Source of the DNA: Saccostrea cucullata
Taxonomy: Eukaryota
DNA length: 64,000 nucleotides
NCBI RefSeq assembly: GCF_032062105.1
Contig: NW_026927697.1
Span: 248,001 to 312,000, forward strand
Direction: 5' to 3'
The notes beneath the pieces are model-generated. The model did no database searches and was not told the DNA's origin. It was given only the letters and a program-made list of their open reading frames with translations. Shown here one piece after another: positions 11,960-25,110 of the stretch (positions within the stretch are counted from its first letter, which is position 1; every line of letters starts with the position of its first letter). Made by a program: the position numbers and the translations under genes.

Positions 11960-13114
11960 TGGCGTTTGCGCACACCAAAGCAACTGAGGCCTACAGAAAC
12001 TTTGTATTGTTGTGAAGTTTTCACCATTGAACTGTGAAGGGGGTTGAAATGTTGAACCATTTTATATGTAAAATATTTGCTGATATGTTGATATAATTTG
12101 TTTTGTGCTTGAATTGTGCATATAACTAATTACACTTAAATAAGTAACCTTAAATAAGTAACCACCCGCGGTTTACCCGGGGTGGTCATTTTTTGCACAT
12201 ATGACTTGTTTGTGTTGATGAATTTTGTTGAATTTGTGTGGGTTTGCCCAAAAGTTGTGTGTATTAATTGGCATCCCACAAATTACTATGCCACGGCCAA
12301 TGTTCGCCAAAATAAAGGTTAAAACAAACATTTTGTTGTCATTTCCCTGTATAAATAATATCATCTATTTTATGCATATAAAATCAGATGACTTTATTTT
12401 ACGGGAAAAGGTATTAATTTTTTGGTCGGGATCGGCCTGCGGCCTTGGGTATATATAAGTCGGAAAGCTCGGGATCAACATTCTTTTCATCAACTTGCTG
12501 GATACAGAGTAGGTTGAATATTTCTTTGTCAAGTTTTTTCATAATATTTGTAAGAAAAATTTTGCATCTGCCTTAAATATCCCACCCACCCATTCCCATA
12601 ATTTGGAGTTTAAATGATTGCATATTTGGTTCTTGGTGCTGGCTTTTTCTTTGTATTTTACAGAATCTGTTGCATTGGATGTCGTCTTCGTGAAATATGT
12701 CGTGGCATAACCTGTACAGGAATGGCGTTTGCGCACACCAAAGCAACTGAGGCCTACAGAAACTTTGTATTGTTGTGAAGTTTTCACCATTGAACTGTGA
12801 AGGGGGTTGAAATGTTGAACCATTTTATATGTAAAATATTTGCTGATATGTTGATATAATTTGTTTTGTGCTTGAATTGTGCATATAACTAATTACACTT
12901 ACACTTAAATAAGTAACCACCCGCGGTTTACCCGGGGTGGTCGTTTTTGAACATATGACTTTTTTGTGTTGATGAATTTTGTTGAATTTGTGTGGGTTTG
13001 CCCAAAAGTTGTGTGTATTAATTGGCATCCCACAAATTACTATGCCACGGCCAATGTTCGCCAAAATAAAGGTTAAAACAAACATTTTGTTGTCATTTCC
13101 CTGTATAAATAATA
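11960..13114 (+). repeat. 3' B1-A2-spacer-B2 split direct repeat block
   Basis: B1 11960-12360 vs B2 12723-13114 are near-identical apart from small indels and substitutions. Confidence 0.95.
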
Positions 13115-14732
13115 CGCAATAAAAAATATTATTCATTGCATGTAGTATACTTTAACATTGCAAATTACATTAAAAATATAAGAGCAAAGTTAACCATGCA
13201 TATAACAAAAAATTTAACTTAACCCCCTCCCCCCACCCCCCAATAGATCTCTTTTCTATAGAATTCGATCTTGCGGAGGACTAAAGAAACTAGATTTCCT
13301 AACCTTAAAGATATATATTGATAATGTGTACAATGGCAAAGATAGTATTATTTAAGTGAAATACACGATCAAATGCAAATTCTTTACTCGCCTCAACATT
13401 GTTACACAAATACCTTTACGTTAAGCAGTATCGACTATTTCCTAAATGTAATATAAGAATATTAAGTACTACATGTACATTTTTACATAACTCGAGCAAA
13501 TTATCAATCTATAGAATTTTTAAAATTTATGGAATTTGTGTTTACTATCTTGGGCTTTTTTGTGAACTATTCTTAACGTATATTTTAATAGGATGTTAAA
13601 CCGGGTGTTAAACATCAGGTTTGACATCATATTAAAACGATTGTTTGGTATGATTAAAATCAGTTCATTGTTACTCTCCAAAACTCTAAAAAATTGCTCA
13701 ACAAAGACCTGTTTTTCCATCAAGGGTGACCTAAGAGTAAACTTTGGAATATAGTAATCTATTAGATCGTTGTACATTATTCAGATATTCAGTAGAAAGA
13801 CGAATACTAAAAATACGAAGTGATGACGACCAATGACACCATCAAGTTAGCTGTAAATTCTATTTATACTCACAGTTCAAGAAAGAGACTTGGATTCTTC
13901 GAAATCATATTTCAGTGTTTAATACCTATTATATTCAAATTGAATACTCTTATCAATAATTATTGTTGTAGTCATGTACATATTCCCTACTCATTTATAT
14001 GTCAGTTGGAGTCTTTGTCTTTCTTCATAATGCTGTTGTTTTGAACACATTTAATTGACAATGTATTAAAGGGATTAGACATAAGTTACAAAAACAAAGG
14101 AAGTCCTCTCATAACTACTGCCTTAACTGGACATCTTGTCCTGAATCAGGCTTTTTACAATTAGTAACTTCTTGTTCCAAAATTCGTATGGCGTTATTAG
14201 ATGGTGCCATTTACCGTACCTTTTTAGCTATATCAGGCTTTGTAAAAGCTTAAAAGTTCTTAAATAAAAATCATAATTTCTTAACAGTGCAAAGCTGAAA
14301 ATTTTGTCCACATTTCGCATAAAATAATACAATTTTTAAATTATTTCAAGACAACAGAATATATGACATACATAAAAAGTGCATTCATTTTCAGTTGTAA
14401 AGCAAAAAATTCAAATACATGTACCTATACATTTTCTGTTCCTTGTTGTAAAATAAGGGATAATATATAGAAACCCTGGTCTTCTTAAATTGAAACTAGA
14501 TTTATTTTACTGCATTATTGTGTCGACTTGGTCTTCTTGTACCACAATAATTCATTAAACATTCCCGAAAACATTTTGTAACATTCTGCATGCAGTAAAA
14601 AGCTACTTCGCAATACATATTTAGCCACTGAAAACTTTGCCTATATTTATATCTTTTTATAACTGTCTATGCACTATAAACTGCCTGTCCTGATTTTATT
14701 TTGAGGATAAAAAATGAATACATGTATATGAT

Positions 14733-17700
14733 TTATCCTGGATTTCGAATAACATCGAGTATGTAATCATATCCATCTTCAGGACTGTTAGACGTATTGG
14801 TAGACGAATCAGATACAGTTTCATATTCACTTTGAGCTGTCCTTCCTCTAACATCAAAGTAATTTTCAAATCGTCTTCTGTAAATTTAAATGGGGAAATA
14901 AAAACAATCAATTTTGTCCAAGGGTCAATCAATATACTGAAAAATATCTGTTTGTAACGTACGCTTCTTACCTTTTATTTTTACATGCGATTATAAAAAA
15001 TATCAAAGCTAAGAAGGCGAAGATGACTGCCAATGGAGTTATGATGTAGAAGTAAGCATCTGAATTTGAAAATTTTAAATTATAAATGTACATGTAAATT
15101 TAATTCTTTGGAGAAAAAAATACACATTTGCATAAAAATCTTGAAATAACAATTAAAGGTACTTTTATACTAGTTCAAAAATAGGTTAAAGCAGCTGCAT
15201 GTTATGAAGAAAGCAATTTGGAATATTTATGCAAGAACTGTACATAATATCTCACCTGAATCTGACAAGTTACCTGTAGCAATTTTATTTGTTGTTTTGG
15301 ACGGTACAGTGTTAATCATTGTAATGCTCGCTGTTCTTTTTTCAGTTATGTTTACAACAGCATCAGTTGTCATTGTCTTTGATTTAGTAGAAATAGGTTG
15401 ATTCTCTGTCGTCAACACAGACTGTTAAATTGAACATCAGCTGATTGATTGATTGTATGTTGTTTTCTATCGCCTTTTAGAATTTTTACTCATATCGAGA
15501 TATCAACAGATACAGTGATACAGTCTAATTAAGACCTTTACTCGGCACCTTCAACCATTGAGTAGTGATGATTCTATATCGTACCAACATTTACCTTGAC
15601 ATGGGGCCTCGGATTTTAAGATCTCACCCAAAACCCCTGCAACTTTTGCTTCAAATTCTATGAGCTTGATGAAGGAACAGTTGCTACATTGTACCTGATC
15701 TTTTTTTATCGATATATGTCAGATTTTAGTACAAGACATCCTGCTGTATAATTATCATGAATTCTTATAGAGGGTCCTTTCACTTTCTGAGTATGCTTGC
15801 AAATTAATTGACTTTAACATATGAATTGCCGTATATATTCCTATGTTAAAAATTTGATATTATAGTGTGGTCCTATAATACCACGAATGAAGATCTTCAT
15901 TTGAAGAATAGATAAACTTTAAGCTTATATTGTAAATTCAAACTAACTTCTAATATGCGTGTTTTCACAACGCTATAATAATTTTACCCTTGTCCTCCTT
16001 AACAGGAAGATTTTTGATAATGACCATGCAAACTCTGATCTCCTTGTCACTCAGCCGTACCTATGATGATATTTCTTTATTGTCCCGGTGACTAAGAGAT
16101 AAAAATAGTTTGAAATGACTCAAATAAATTTAATCTAAATTTAACTTGGTCATCTTTCTTTGAAAGATGGCTTGGCACATTATTTGGATAAAAATTAATT
16201 CCTTTAACCACAGCAAGTTTGATTGGAACTCAAACACAAAAAACAACAACTGGAATACAAATAGACGGACTCGAGAGAAAATGTGATCAGAAAAAATCAT
16301 GCTTAAAGATTGAGTAAAGAACATACTTCGTCTATTGGCGGTAAAGGCTCAGTAGTTAATATTTCTTTTTCCTTGTCACTGACCGATATTGAATTGAATG
16401 TAATTTCAGCATTATGGGTTGCTTTTGAAGTTAACGGAGTTGTCATTGTTGTATATGATATATCTTCTCCCTCGCAGGACACATTAAGAACCGCAGAAGA
16501 ATCAACTAAAGAGGAAAACGTAATGTAAGCAGCGAATCTTTATCTTAAATTCTGCACTTAAATAAAGCTCCATGAAAGCAAATGTACCAAGGACTATTCA
16601 GTTATATTTGAAAATATAATTAAATTATCTTGTTTTCAAAAAAATATATACACAGGATTTCAGGACAAAAAAATGAAAGAAATTCTAATATTTTTATTGG
16701 TTACAAAATAAAAATGTTATCTTAAACTGCAATTGAATTTTGTACCTGACTCCATAGATATACAGTAACTTGTGTCGTAGGCTAGCTGTGGATGTTCTAT
16801 ATTAATATGAACATCTGATCCATTAATTGGAAGCTGTCTGCCAGTCACAAAGCAGTTCATTGCCATACTAGTGCCATCAGCTTGAATCATTACAACACTC
16901 CCACATCCTGGCCCAGGATTGACGCCGTTGTAGTTTGTGAAATTCAGTGTACTAGGTTTATCACTGGACACTGTACACCCACAATTTGTGTTTCTAGATT
17001 CTTTAGCTCTGGTTCCATCTATGACGACGTGACGTCCAGATATCTTGTTGTTGTAACACAACATAACAACTGTAATATAATGCAGAACCTAAGCGATGTC
17101 AAAATATATTATGTAGGGACTTAGTTATGTAATCACAAATTATGCCCTCAATTTCTCTCTTAAACATATCGGCCATGGAATATATTATTATAGATTGCCA
17201 CTTCCCTTCATCGTAACTAGTAAAAACCTGCGTTTTAAAGTCTGTATGTTGGAAGGTTTTCTTAAACAGCACACACTCCTTCACCAATCAATGGAGGTAT
17301 GCATGTATTACTTCAGATCATTGCTATATTTTACTCTCTTTAAACTTACATCATTCAATTATTCAAGCATTGTAGATATAAGCCAAATATTGTTCTAATA
17401 TGTTTTCTGAATATGTTTAATAAATGCAACCATTGTAAATTTTCGCTCTGCAATTATTTATTGCTGTACGAACAAGTAAAGCAAATTATACATGTAATTA
17501 GCAAATAATCCTATATCCTTGCTTTGTTTCCCTTTATCTGCGAGATGTTTCAATTGGAATTATGTTTCTGTCTAGAATACAATTTCATGGAAATATAATA
17601 AAGTTTTAAAATGTTAATTTCACACCTTTTCGTATTGAAAAAAAGAAAGCATTTCTTGAAGAAAAGTACATGTAATCCGATGCAAAATTTTTTGGGAAGC

Positions 17701-20700
17701 CCTTACCGACAATATTGTCTTCCTGCAAATACTTGCTGCAAGTCTGCAGCAAACTTTGCTGCAAGCTTGCAGCAATGTAGCGAAAGAGAGCATGACAGTC
17801 TATACAAAACTTTGGTGTTTGCAGCAAGTTAGCGGCAAGTCTGCAGCAAGCTTGCTGCAAACATTTTACCATGCAAATGAGGTTTGCTGCAAGTCTGCAT
17901 CAAACATTGAATTTTCCAAATATGGAAACCTTGCTGCAAGCTTGCGGCAAACATTGCTGCAAGCCTGCCGCAAACATTGCTGCAAGCTTGCCGCAAACAT
18001 TGCTGCTAACTTGCAGCAAACAATTTCCTTATGATTTTGGCACATTCTTGTGTACAAGCAGCAAGTTCGCGGAAAGCTTTATTTTGATCTAACCTAAATC
18101 TGTTAAGTGTAGAGAAAATCCACCACATATTTCTGAAATTATGCAATTGTATGAAGTTTTTATAGGCTTCTTTATGTTCCTAGACATAGTTTTCATACTT
18201 TTTGAAAATTAAAGTGCATTATAGCATTGTATATGAACAGAACTTTTAAAATTTTACATACAATTTTAAATTGAATATTACCGTAATTACACAGCTACTA
18301 ATTAATTTGAAAACATTTAACTGATTTAGGTCCATTGATACATTTAAGAAGTATACATATGTGATATTAAAAAGAGGACTGAAATTCATAATAAATATTT
18401 AAGATTTAGATTTGACCTAGCATTTACACCAGTAACTCAAACGTGCTTTTAAGTAATATTCTTTTAAATATCAAAATAAAACAAAACCATTTCTTACCAG
18501 TTAGATATCATGGATGCCAATGAACACCTACATCCGAAGTTTGGCACTTTTAATCATTCAGAATGGTGTGTATTCCTAACAAAATACTGAAACGTGTACA
18601 ACTTCAATTCAAACATTTCAAAATGGGCTGGCAAGTTCTGTGTTTACCTCAGTACAATCTGCATTTCATTGGCTGATTTGACTTGTTTACTATTCTTACG
18701 AACTTCCTGTAAACATTCGAATAATGAAATGTGTCCTGTGAACTTGCTGCGAACATTAAATTGGCATGAAAGTTTCTTACTATGTTCCTGCAAACATGTT
18801 GGGCTGCAATGTTTGCCGCAAGATCGAAGCTACTGGGAATCATCTGCGAATAAGAAAATTTTCTTCCTACGAACAATTTTGTTTGCTGCAAGCTTGCAGT
18901 AGACTTGCTGCAGGCCTGCAGCAAACATATCAGTTGGTAAATGAGATTTATTCAAAATTCACAGAATTACTGTTGAATGTATGAAAATTTCCAATCTGAG
19001 GGATGTGATCGAAGATTTATTTATTATAAATATACATAAACGAATGATGAGTGATTTTCTAAAATCTAAAGATAAAAACATTTTTATCTCAACAAGTAAA
19101 AATTTAAGCTTCTTATCAATTTACCAATTTAATCAAAATTTTAATAATAAAACTGACAATTTTAGACAATGTTTATACTTAATATATACATGTACATATA
19201 TCTTGCAATGTATATTATACAGTAATGGTATTGTGGATCGATCATGTTTTACAATAGTGACATGTAAACAGTGATATTATGATATACAACTGTACATTAT
19301 AGATAAAAAGGGTTTACCACAATGAAGTTTTATTGATTTATTTTCTCGAAAGAAATAATTCTTTTTGATTTATATAGGCATTCCTTAAGTTTTGCCGTAG
19401 TTTCAAGTTTGCTTAACAGGTTACACATTAAGATTTTAAAAAATTAATTTATTAGTTTTTTTTTAATTGCTAAAAAAAAATCTTACTGTTTATTAGATCT
19501 TTTTGATAGGGGATAAAGGCAAATAATAATTTTTTTTATTTCTTTAAAAAATCTATTTATTTAATTATTTTATTTATAATTTCTCCGTATTACATTAAAT
19601 TATTCAAAATTTACATGTATATGAGCTCATCTTCAGCCTGCTTCTTAAATGAATATCAAATATGATGGCCTTTATTAATTAATCTTTCCCAATAATTAGT
19701 CCAAAAACATTTCAAAATTCATAATAGATCATAATTCATATGTTAAAATATCCCTTCTATATTATATTTCTGTTGTTATTCTTTGTCTCATTTTGAGAGA
19801 ATGAAACTACGATTTTTTTTTTTCAATTCGCAATATAATTATGTGGATTTTTATAGTACCTTGTAAATATATATTTTGGCATTCATGGCCTGGAGATGAT
19901 GATTTTACATGAAGAATAGTCACGTATTTACCAAATTTATTTACCAAAACTTTATCTGGAATTGTAAAACAGTGTTAATTAAAACACATAATTGATTAAT
20001 TACATAAAAGACGGTTCAACTGTTCACTCTACTTTTTTAAGAACATATATGTCCGTCAATATGTATTTTTTTTTCATTACATGCATAAACATGTGCATAT
20101 AAGCTGCCATTTTCTATATGCTTCCTCAGCCGCCATCCTGACAATTTATATTGATTTTAAAAAATTATTTATTTTTTTTAATTGCAATCTTACAGTGATA
20201 GGGGAATATTAACAGGATTGTATATGAATCTTCAGCCTGCTTCTTAAATGAATATCAAATAACATGCAAAAATGGCCTCCTACTTTTTTTTTCAACGCAA
20301 TATAATTATGTGGAAAACTTATTATTTGAAAGGATATTCAAATATAACATGAATTCCTTGAACATGTTTTCGAGTGCAACACAAAAGAAAAACAGAAATT
20401 TAACAAATCTCAGGATAAAATTCTAAATATTAAAACGACTGTAATTATTACAAAGAACATTGAAGTCATAATACCAGTTGTAAACAATGGAGTCGCTGTA
20501 TTTATCTCCTCAGTTGTTGAAGTGTAGGAAGTTTTCCTTGTTGTAGATGGTAAAAGATCTCCATCACAAGATACACTTAGTACTGCTGACAAATCAGCTA
20601 AAAGATAGGAAAAAAGTAGTTAAAATGAGGTTTATATTATGAATTAAATCAAAAGTAATGAAATAATGTACGACATATTGATTGAAATTATCCTGAAAAC

Positions 20701-23700
20701 ACGATGCTTTACATTCAACGGTTAATAATTTCTCCTCATTCAGCGTACTTCTGAAGTGTGATACAACCAAGTACTATACAAAGATATATACCTAACTCAT
20801 GTTAATTTAACGTACCTGACTCAATAGATAAACAGTATCTTGTGTCGGAGGCTAGTTGTGGATTTTCGATAAGAATATCAACATCTGATCCATTAATTGG
20901 AAGCTGTCTGCCAGTCACAAAGCAGTTCATTGACATGCTAGTACCACCAGCTAGAACCATTACAGTACTCCCACACCCTATCCCAGGATGGACGCCGTTA
21001 TAGTTGGTAAGGTTCAGTGTACTAGGTTTATCACTGGTGAGTCTACATTTACAGTATGTGGTACTAGAGTCTTTGGCTCTGTATGCGTCAATGACGATAT
21101 TATGTCCAACAATCTGGTAACTGTAGCACATCAGGGCTACTGAAACGATTGAGTATTCGTATTTCATTGCCTGTGTAGAGATGACCAATCTTAACATAAA
21201 ACTCTAAAATGTTCGTCATTTTACCTGGAACCGAGTTCGCTTTGGCTAGTAAGTAACAGGGAGAGTAACAACTCACTGGATCTGAAATTGATTTTAAACT
21301 TAATCTGTTATTAGTTTAAATATTTTATGCAATAATATTATATTCTCTAAATATACAGTAGATTGAGTCTTTTCTAATAAACTTAGTGAAATAAGTATTA
21401 CATTCATATAAATCCTAGATACTAGTACCAATAAATGGCCATATATATAATTTTTTGTTATTTATTTGTGAAAGGTGATGACTTGAAATAAGATAAGAAT
21501 GCCTAGCTAGACTTTTAAAAATTGAAAGAACCTTATTCGGTAATAACCAATATTTGCCCCCCAAAATCAAACTTTGACGGAGAAATATTTAATTTTGTTC
21601 TTAAACAGGGGAATATATGCTGACTTCAAAACACTGAATATTTTCATTAGCAAGGACGTCATATGTTTGTAATGACATCACGAAAATGACGTAAATTTAA
21701 AATTTCCATGATTTGTAAAGAAAAATGTATATTTTACGTCGATATTTTGAGTAAAAATCACCGAGCGCAGATTTGTTCAGGCTTAATATTTTCATATTAT
21801 GTGTAGAATGATAATATCAATAAAATGTATAAATATTATTCCTGAACAAACTTGCGCTCTATAACTCTTAAAGCTAAAAAAATTGTTGAAATTTTGTCCA
21901 TTTTGTCCTCTTTCTAAAAAATGACAAAAAATCGAACTAGTTTATGACGTCATAAAAACAAAAATTGTCAATAAACTACTTTGAAACTATAATATGATCT
22001 GTTAATTTATATTTCTCATACAATTTATAAAATTCAGCACATATCAAGAATTTTTCAAAATTTGACTTTTGTGGGGGCAAAGATATGCAATATACCGCAT
22101 ATAGTTCTTTGGTAGAAAAAATAATTATAATGTTTTATATTTTAAGGAAGCACATAGTTTACCACTTTTATAAGTTAAAAACATGTGAACAAATTCTGGA
22201 GTTTGAGAACAATCACATGAATTACTGAAAAGCACTGTAAATATTCAAAAACTTTTGATGTTATATAAAAAGATTATTTTCGTAATTTTTTAATTGGCTG
22301 CTGAAAGAAGTCACGTGATATAAATCCTCTTTTTTAATGTCGATGCGCAAGCGCTAATGTTGGACTTTTACGAGAAGCACTGACTTTTACAGTTGACGGT
22401 TTACTTGGACATTTAAACTTGTACCATTTACGGAAGTACAGAATTGATAATGCCTAAGAAAACCTTCCTAGTGGTCATAAGTATGGGGTTAGGGGCACTA
22501 ACATGTAAAGACCGGGAGTTGAGGGTAGGGTGGTTGTCGTTTTCTTCAAAGACAGCTTATATGTGCATTAAAATAACCTGTTCTTTTCGTTTAATTAATA
22601 TGTTTATCATGAAAGAGCTACCTTACATTGCCCTAGTGTAAAAGTAAGCCGTCAACTGTAAAAGTAAGCGCTCTTCGTAAAGGTCCATTGATATTGACCT
22701 AGGACACAGAAAATGCATGATCGCGACCTCGCGTGCTCGGTCAATATCACTCTCTGTTTCTTCGGTCAATATTAATTGCCATGAGTCCTTATAACCACAT
22801 ATCGACCTACACTGAAGTCCATAATTGTATAATATACATGCCAATTACTATACAAATCAAAATACAATAAAACCTATCAGATAATCAATTGTAAAAAAAA
22901 ATAGTTTACAATTTCTAAGCATTACTCGAAATATCTCATGTCGGTGTATTATCGTTTGGGTGTTTAATGCTACTTGCAGTAGCAATAGAATCTTAATAAT
23001 ATTGCAGTGTGCATAATCACTAAATCCACAATTAACTTTGTTTGATATTATGTTTAATAAATTTGCTATTTCAGAAATAATACAAAAAATATATTCAGTA
23101 GTTTATAGTTAATTTGTGTGTGTGAAGCAGTTAGCATATCTGGGTTAAATCGTGCCAAAAGCCGGTTAAATACACGGAGAGCTATGAGTCCAGCTGAAAA
23201 TGGTTGGATACATGACCTAGATAAGAATTAAGGACTTAATATGTAAAATTATTCAAATATTAATTGATTCATATTGTAGATTTCCAATGATGTTCATGAT
23301 TTTCCTTAGTTGTTGCTCCTCTCTGTTTCTTAATAAAAGAAAAAAAAATAATTTTGGCCATAAGGATTAATTAATAAACAGTAATGACGATATACACAGT
23401 TAACACATTACCTATGTTGGATATAACCAGAATCTAAGGGTTGGTTAAACAAAGGTTTATTCACACTAAATACTTCCAAGGTTCTGTATACATGTGTACA
23501 TTGTCTTTTACCGAGTCTTTTCGTATACAAAATACATGTTTTTGAAACCAACAAGAATATATGCGCATATCATAGCTCTTACGCTCATTGTATTCCTCGA
23601 CTTGTCAACGGACTTCATTGTTTAGTTATATTGATGATACAAGAAAACATAGATTATGTACATACCAGACGTAAAGATTAGACTACCAATAATCCACAAG

Positions 23701-23723
23701 ATAACATTCCTTATGTCCGCCAT
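14733..23723 (-). CDS. Gene B: type I membrane receptor-like protein with two tandem Cys-rich domains, Thr-rich stalk, TM and Tyr-motif tail (about 487 aa if one gene)
   Basis: Exons 23723-23666, 21281-21225, 21139-20816, 20597-20475, 17069-16746, 16505-16327, 15421-15256, 15059-14972 (TM YFYIITPLAVIFAFLALIFFIIAC), 14877-14733 (tail with SEYETV); all GT-AG and phase-consistent; may instead be two genes. Confidence 0.72.
15442..15690 (-). mobile_element. Degraded copy of the CAAT-tailed SINE
   Basis: Diverged similarity to the body and tail of 760-1112. Confidence 0.7.
17700..18942. mobile_element. Non-autonomous DNA element with GCAGCAAGCTTGCTGC subterminal repeats (CACTA/CMC-like)
   Basis: Dense palindromic CTGCAAG/CTTGCAG repeats at both ends; degenerate termini CCCTTACCGAC / GTTGGTAAATG. 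Confidence 0.6.
21526..22110. mobile_element. MITE
   Basis: About 50-bp imperfect TIRs AAGAAC..ATTCGGTA..ATATTTGCCCCC / GGGGGCAAAGATAT..TACCGCATATAGTTCTT. Confidence 0.65.
22361..22687. mobile_element. MITE
   Basis: Inverted repeats TGGACTTTTACGAG...CTTTTACAGTTGACGG / CCGTCAACTGTAAAAG...CTTCGTAAAGGTCCA. Confidence 0.65.
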
Positions 23724-25110
23724 GCTTCATGGACTAGATGACATAGCAGTTAAAAAGAAATATATCGCTTTCATTGCGTTATATGCACTTAAATATGATA
23801 CCACGTGCACTGTGTTACATTTCAAATAGATATTTTCTTGTTATTTTTAAATTTGGAACTGAATAAATGTATATTTTCTTCTTTGAAATTGTAAATACAT
23901 GTATAATCAGAAACCTCTACGAACTGAGATAACACCTTGAGATGGATACTGTGTGGCATAAGTACTTGAAATGAACCCCAAGTAGTCAACCACAAATTAA
24001 AACGGTAATTTTTGGATAAAACTCAAGCTATGTATAGCTTGAAACATTTAAATGAAGAAATGCTTTTGAACTTGCAAGAACTATTGACAGCAATTTGCGA
24101 AGATTGTGAAAATGTTTTAAATGCTTTGCTGACACCAGTACTAGGAGTTATATTAAAGCACCTATATAGCTCTAAGCATTTTTAAAAAATTTCTTTAGGA
24201 GATATTCGTGGGAAAAGGGATTTTGAATAGAGATAGGCAGATACATTACAATATGCATATAATCTAAACTTCTGCAAATTTTCCTTTTTTGCAGCGATTC
24301 CCAAAATTCATCTCCAGATAAAAATACCAGTCATAAACAAATTTCTTTACTAATATCCGAGGATATTTCTTTATTTCCTGATCATGATAAGGAGCACATG
24401 GCGGGTGTGACCGGTCGGCAGGGGATGCTCACTATTCTATAGCACCTTATCCCAACTCTTATGTTTGGAGATCCGTATTTGCTCTGCTTCTATTTCGTAT
24501 TGTTTTATGGACTTTTGATCATGAATATTGTTCGTTATCTCCATATGTATCATTCTATTTTATGTAAGATAAAGTATTGAAATTTGAATGGAAAACGGCT
24601 TGTTGCATTAGTATGAATGTTCAATTTTATATTTTTTTTTTAAATTTGAAAGTGAAAACAACTAAGATTATCTTTAAGAAACTATTTATTTGCCTCCTTC
24701 CGACGACTCCCTAGAACAACTCAATTTGTTAAACTACAGAAAAGAATTATTTTTATTTATCATATATTTTACATCCCATTAATATCTTATTTAACTTTAT
24801 CTTGCAATTGTTTTGAGTTTTAAAAGATCGACATTAACCATCAACCAAAGTCTTTTTTTCTGAAATGGTAGAGGACAGAGAAACATTTAAATATGGTCTA
24901 CACATATTTCTTAGTGTAATATTCCAAGACATTTGATAAGAAACCGTGCTTGAATTTCGATGACATTAGTAGTCAAACTTTTTTTTCCATTTCAGCACGT
25001 ATTATACTTTACGCATCATTAAGTACTGAAACATATTCATTATAGAGATTTTTAATGAAATTTTTAATGAAAGAAGCTGATATATTGTGCTTGGAAATAA
25101 CGTTAAATAA

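Larger units (their letters stand above)
7251..13114 (+). mobile_element. Ngaro-type (DIRS order) tyrosine-recombinase retrotransposon with split direct repeats
   Basis: A1 7251-7475 / coding region / B1 11960-12360 / A2 12356-12580 / unique spacer / B2 12723-13114; gag, RT-RNaseH, YR and SGNH ORFs. Confidence 0.95.

Noticed and set aside
11765-13136. Small ORFs in the Ngaro terminal repeats
   Set aside because: Duplicated only because they lie in the A/B repeats; no protein features
17606-18984. Several overlapping Cys/Ala/Gln-rich ORFs
   Set aside because: Artefacts of palindromic GCAGCAAGCTTGC repeats in a non-autonomous element
19615-20310. Short local duplication (ATCTTCAGCCTGCTTCTTAAATGAATATCAAATA)
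   Set aside because: Intronic AT-rich duplication with no evident function
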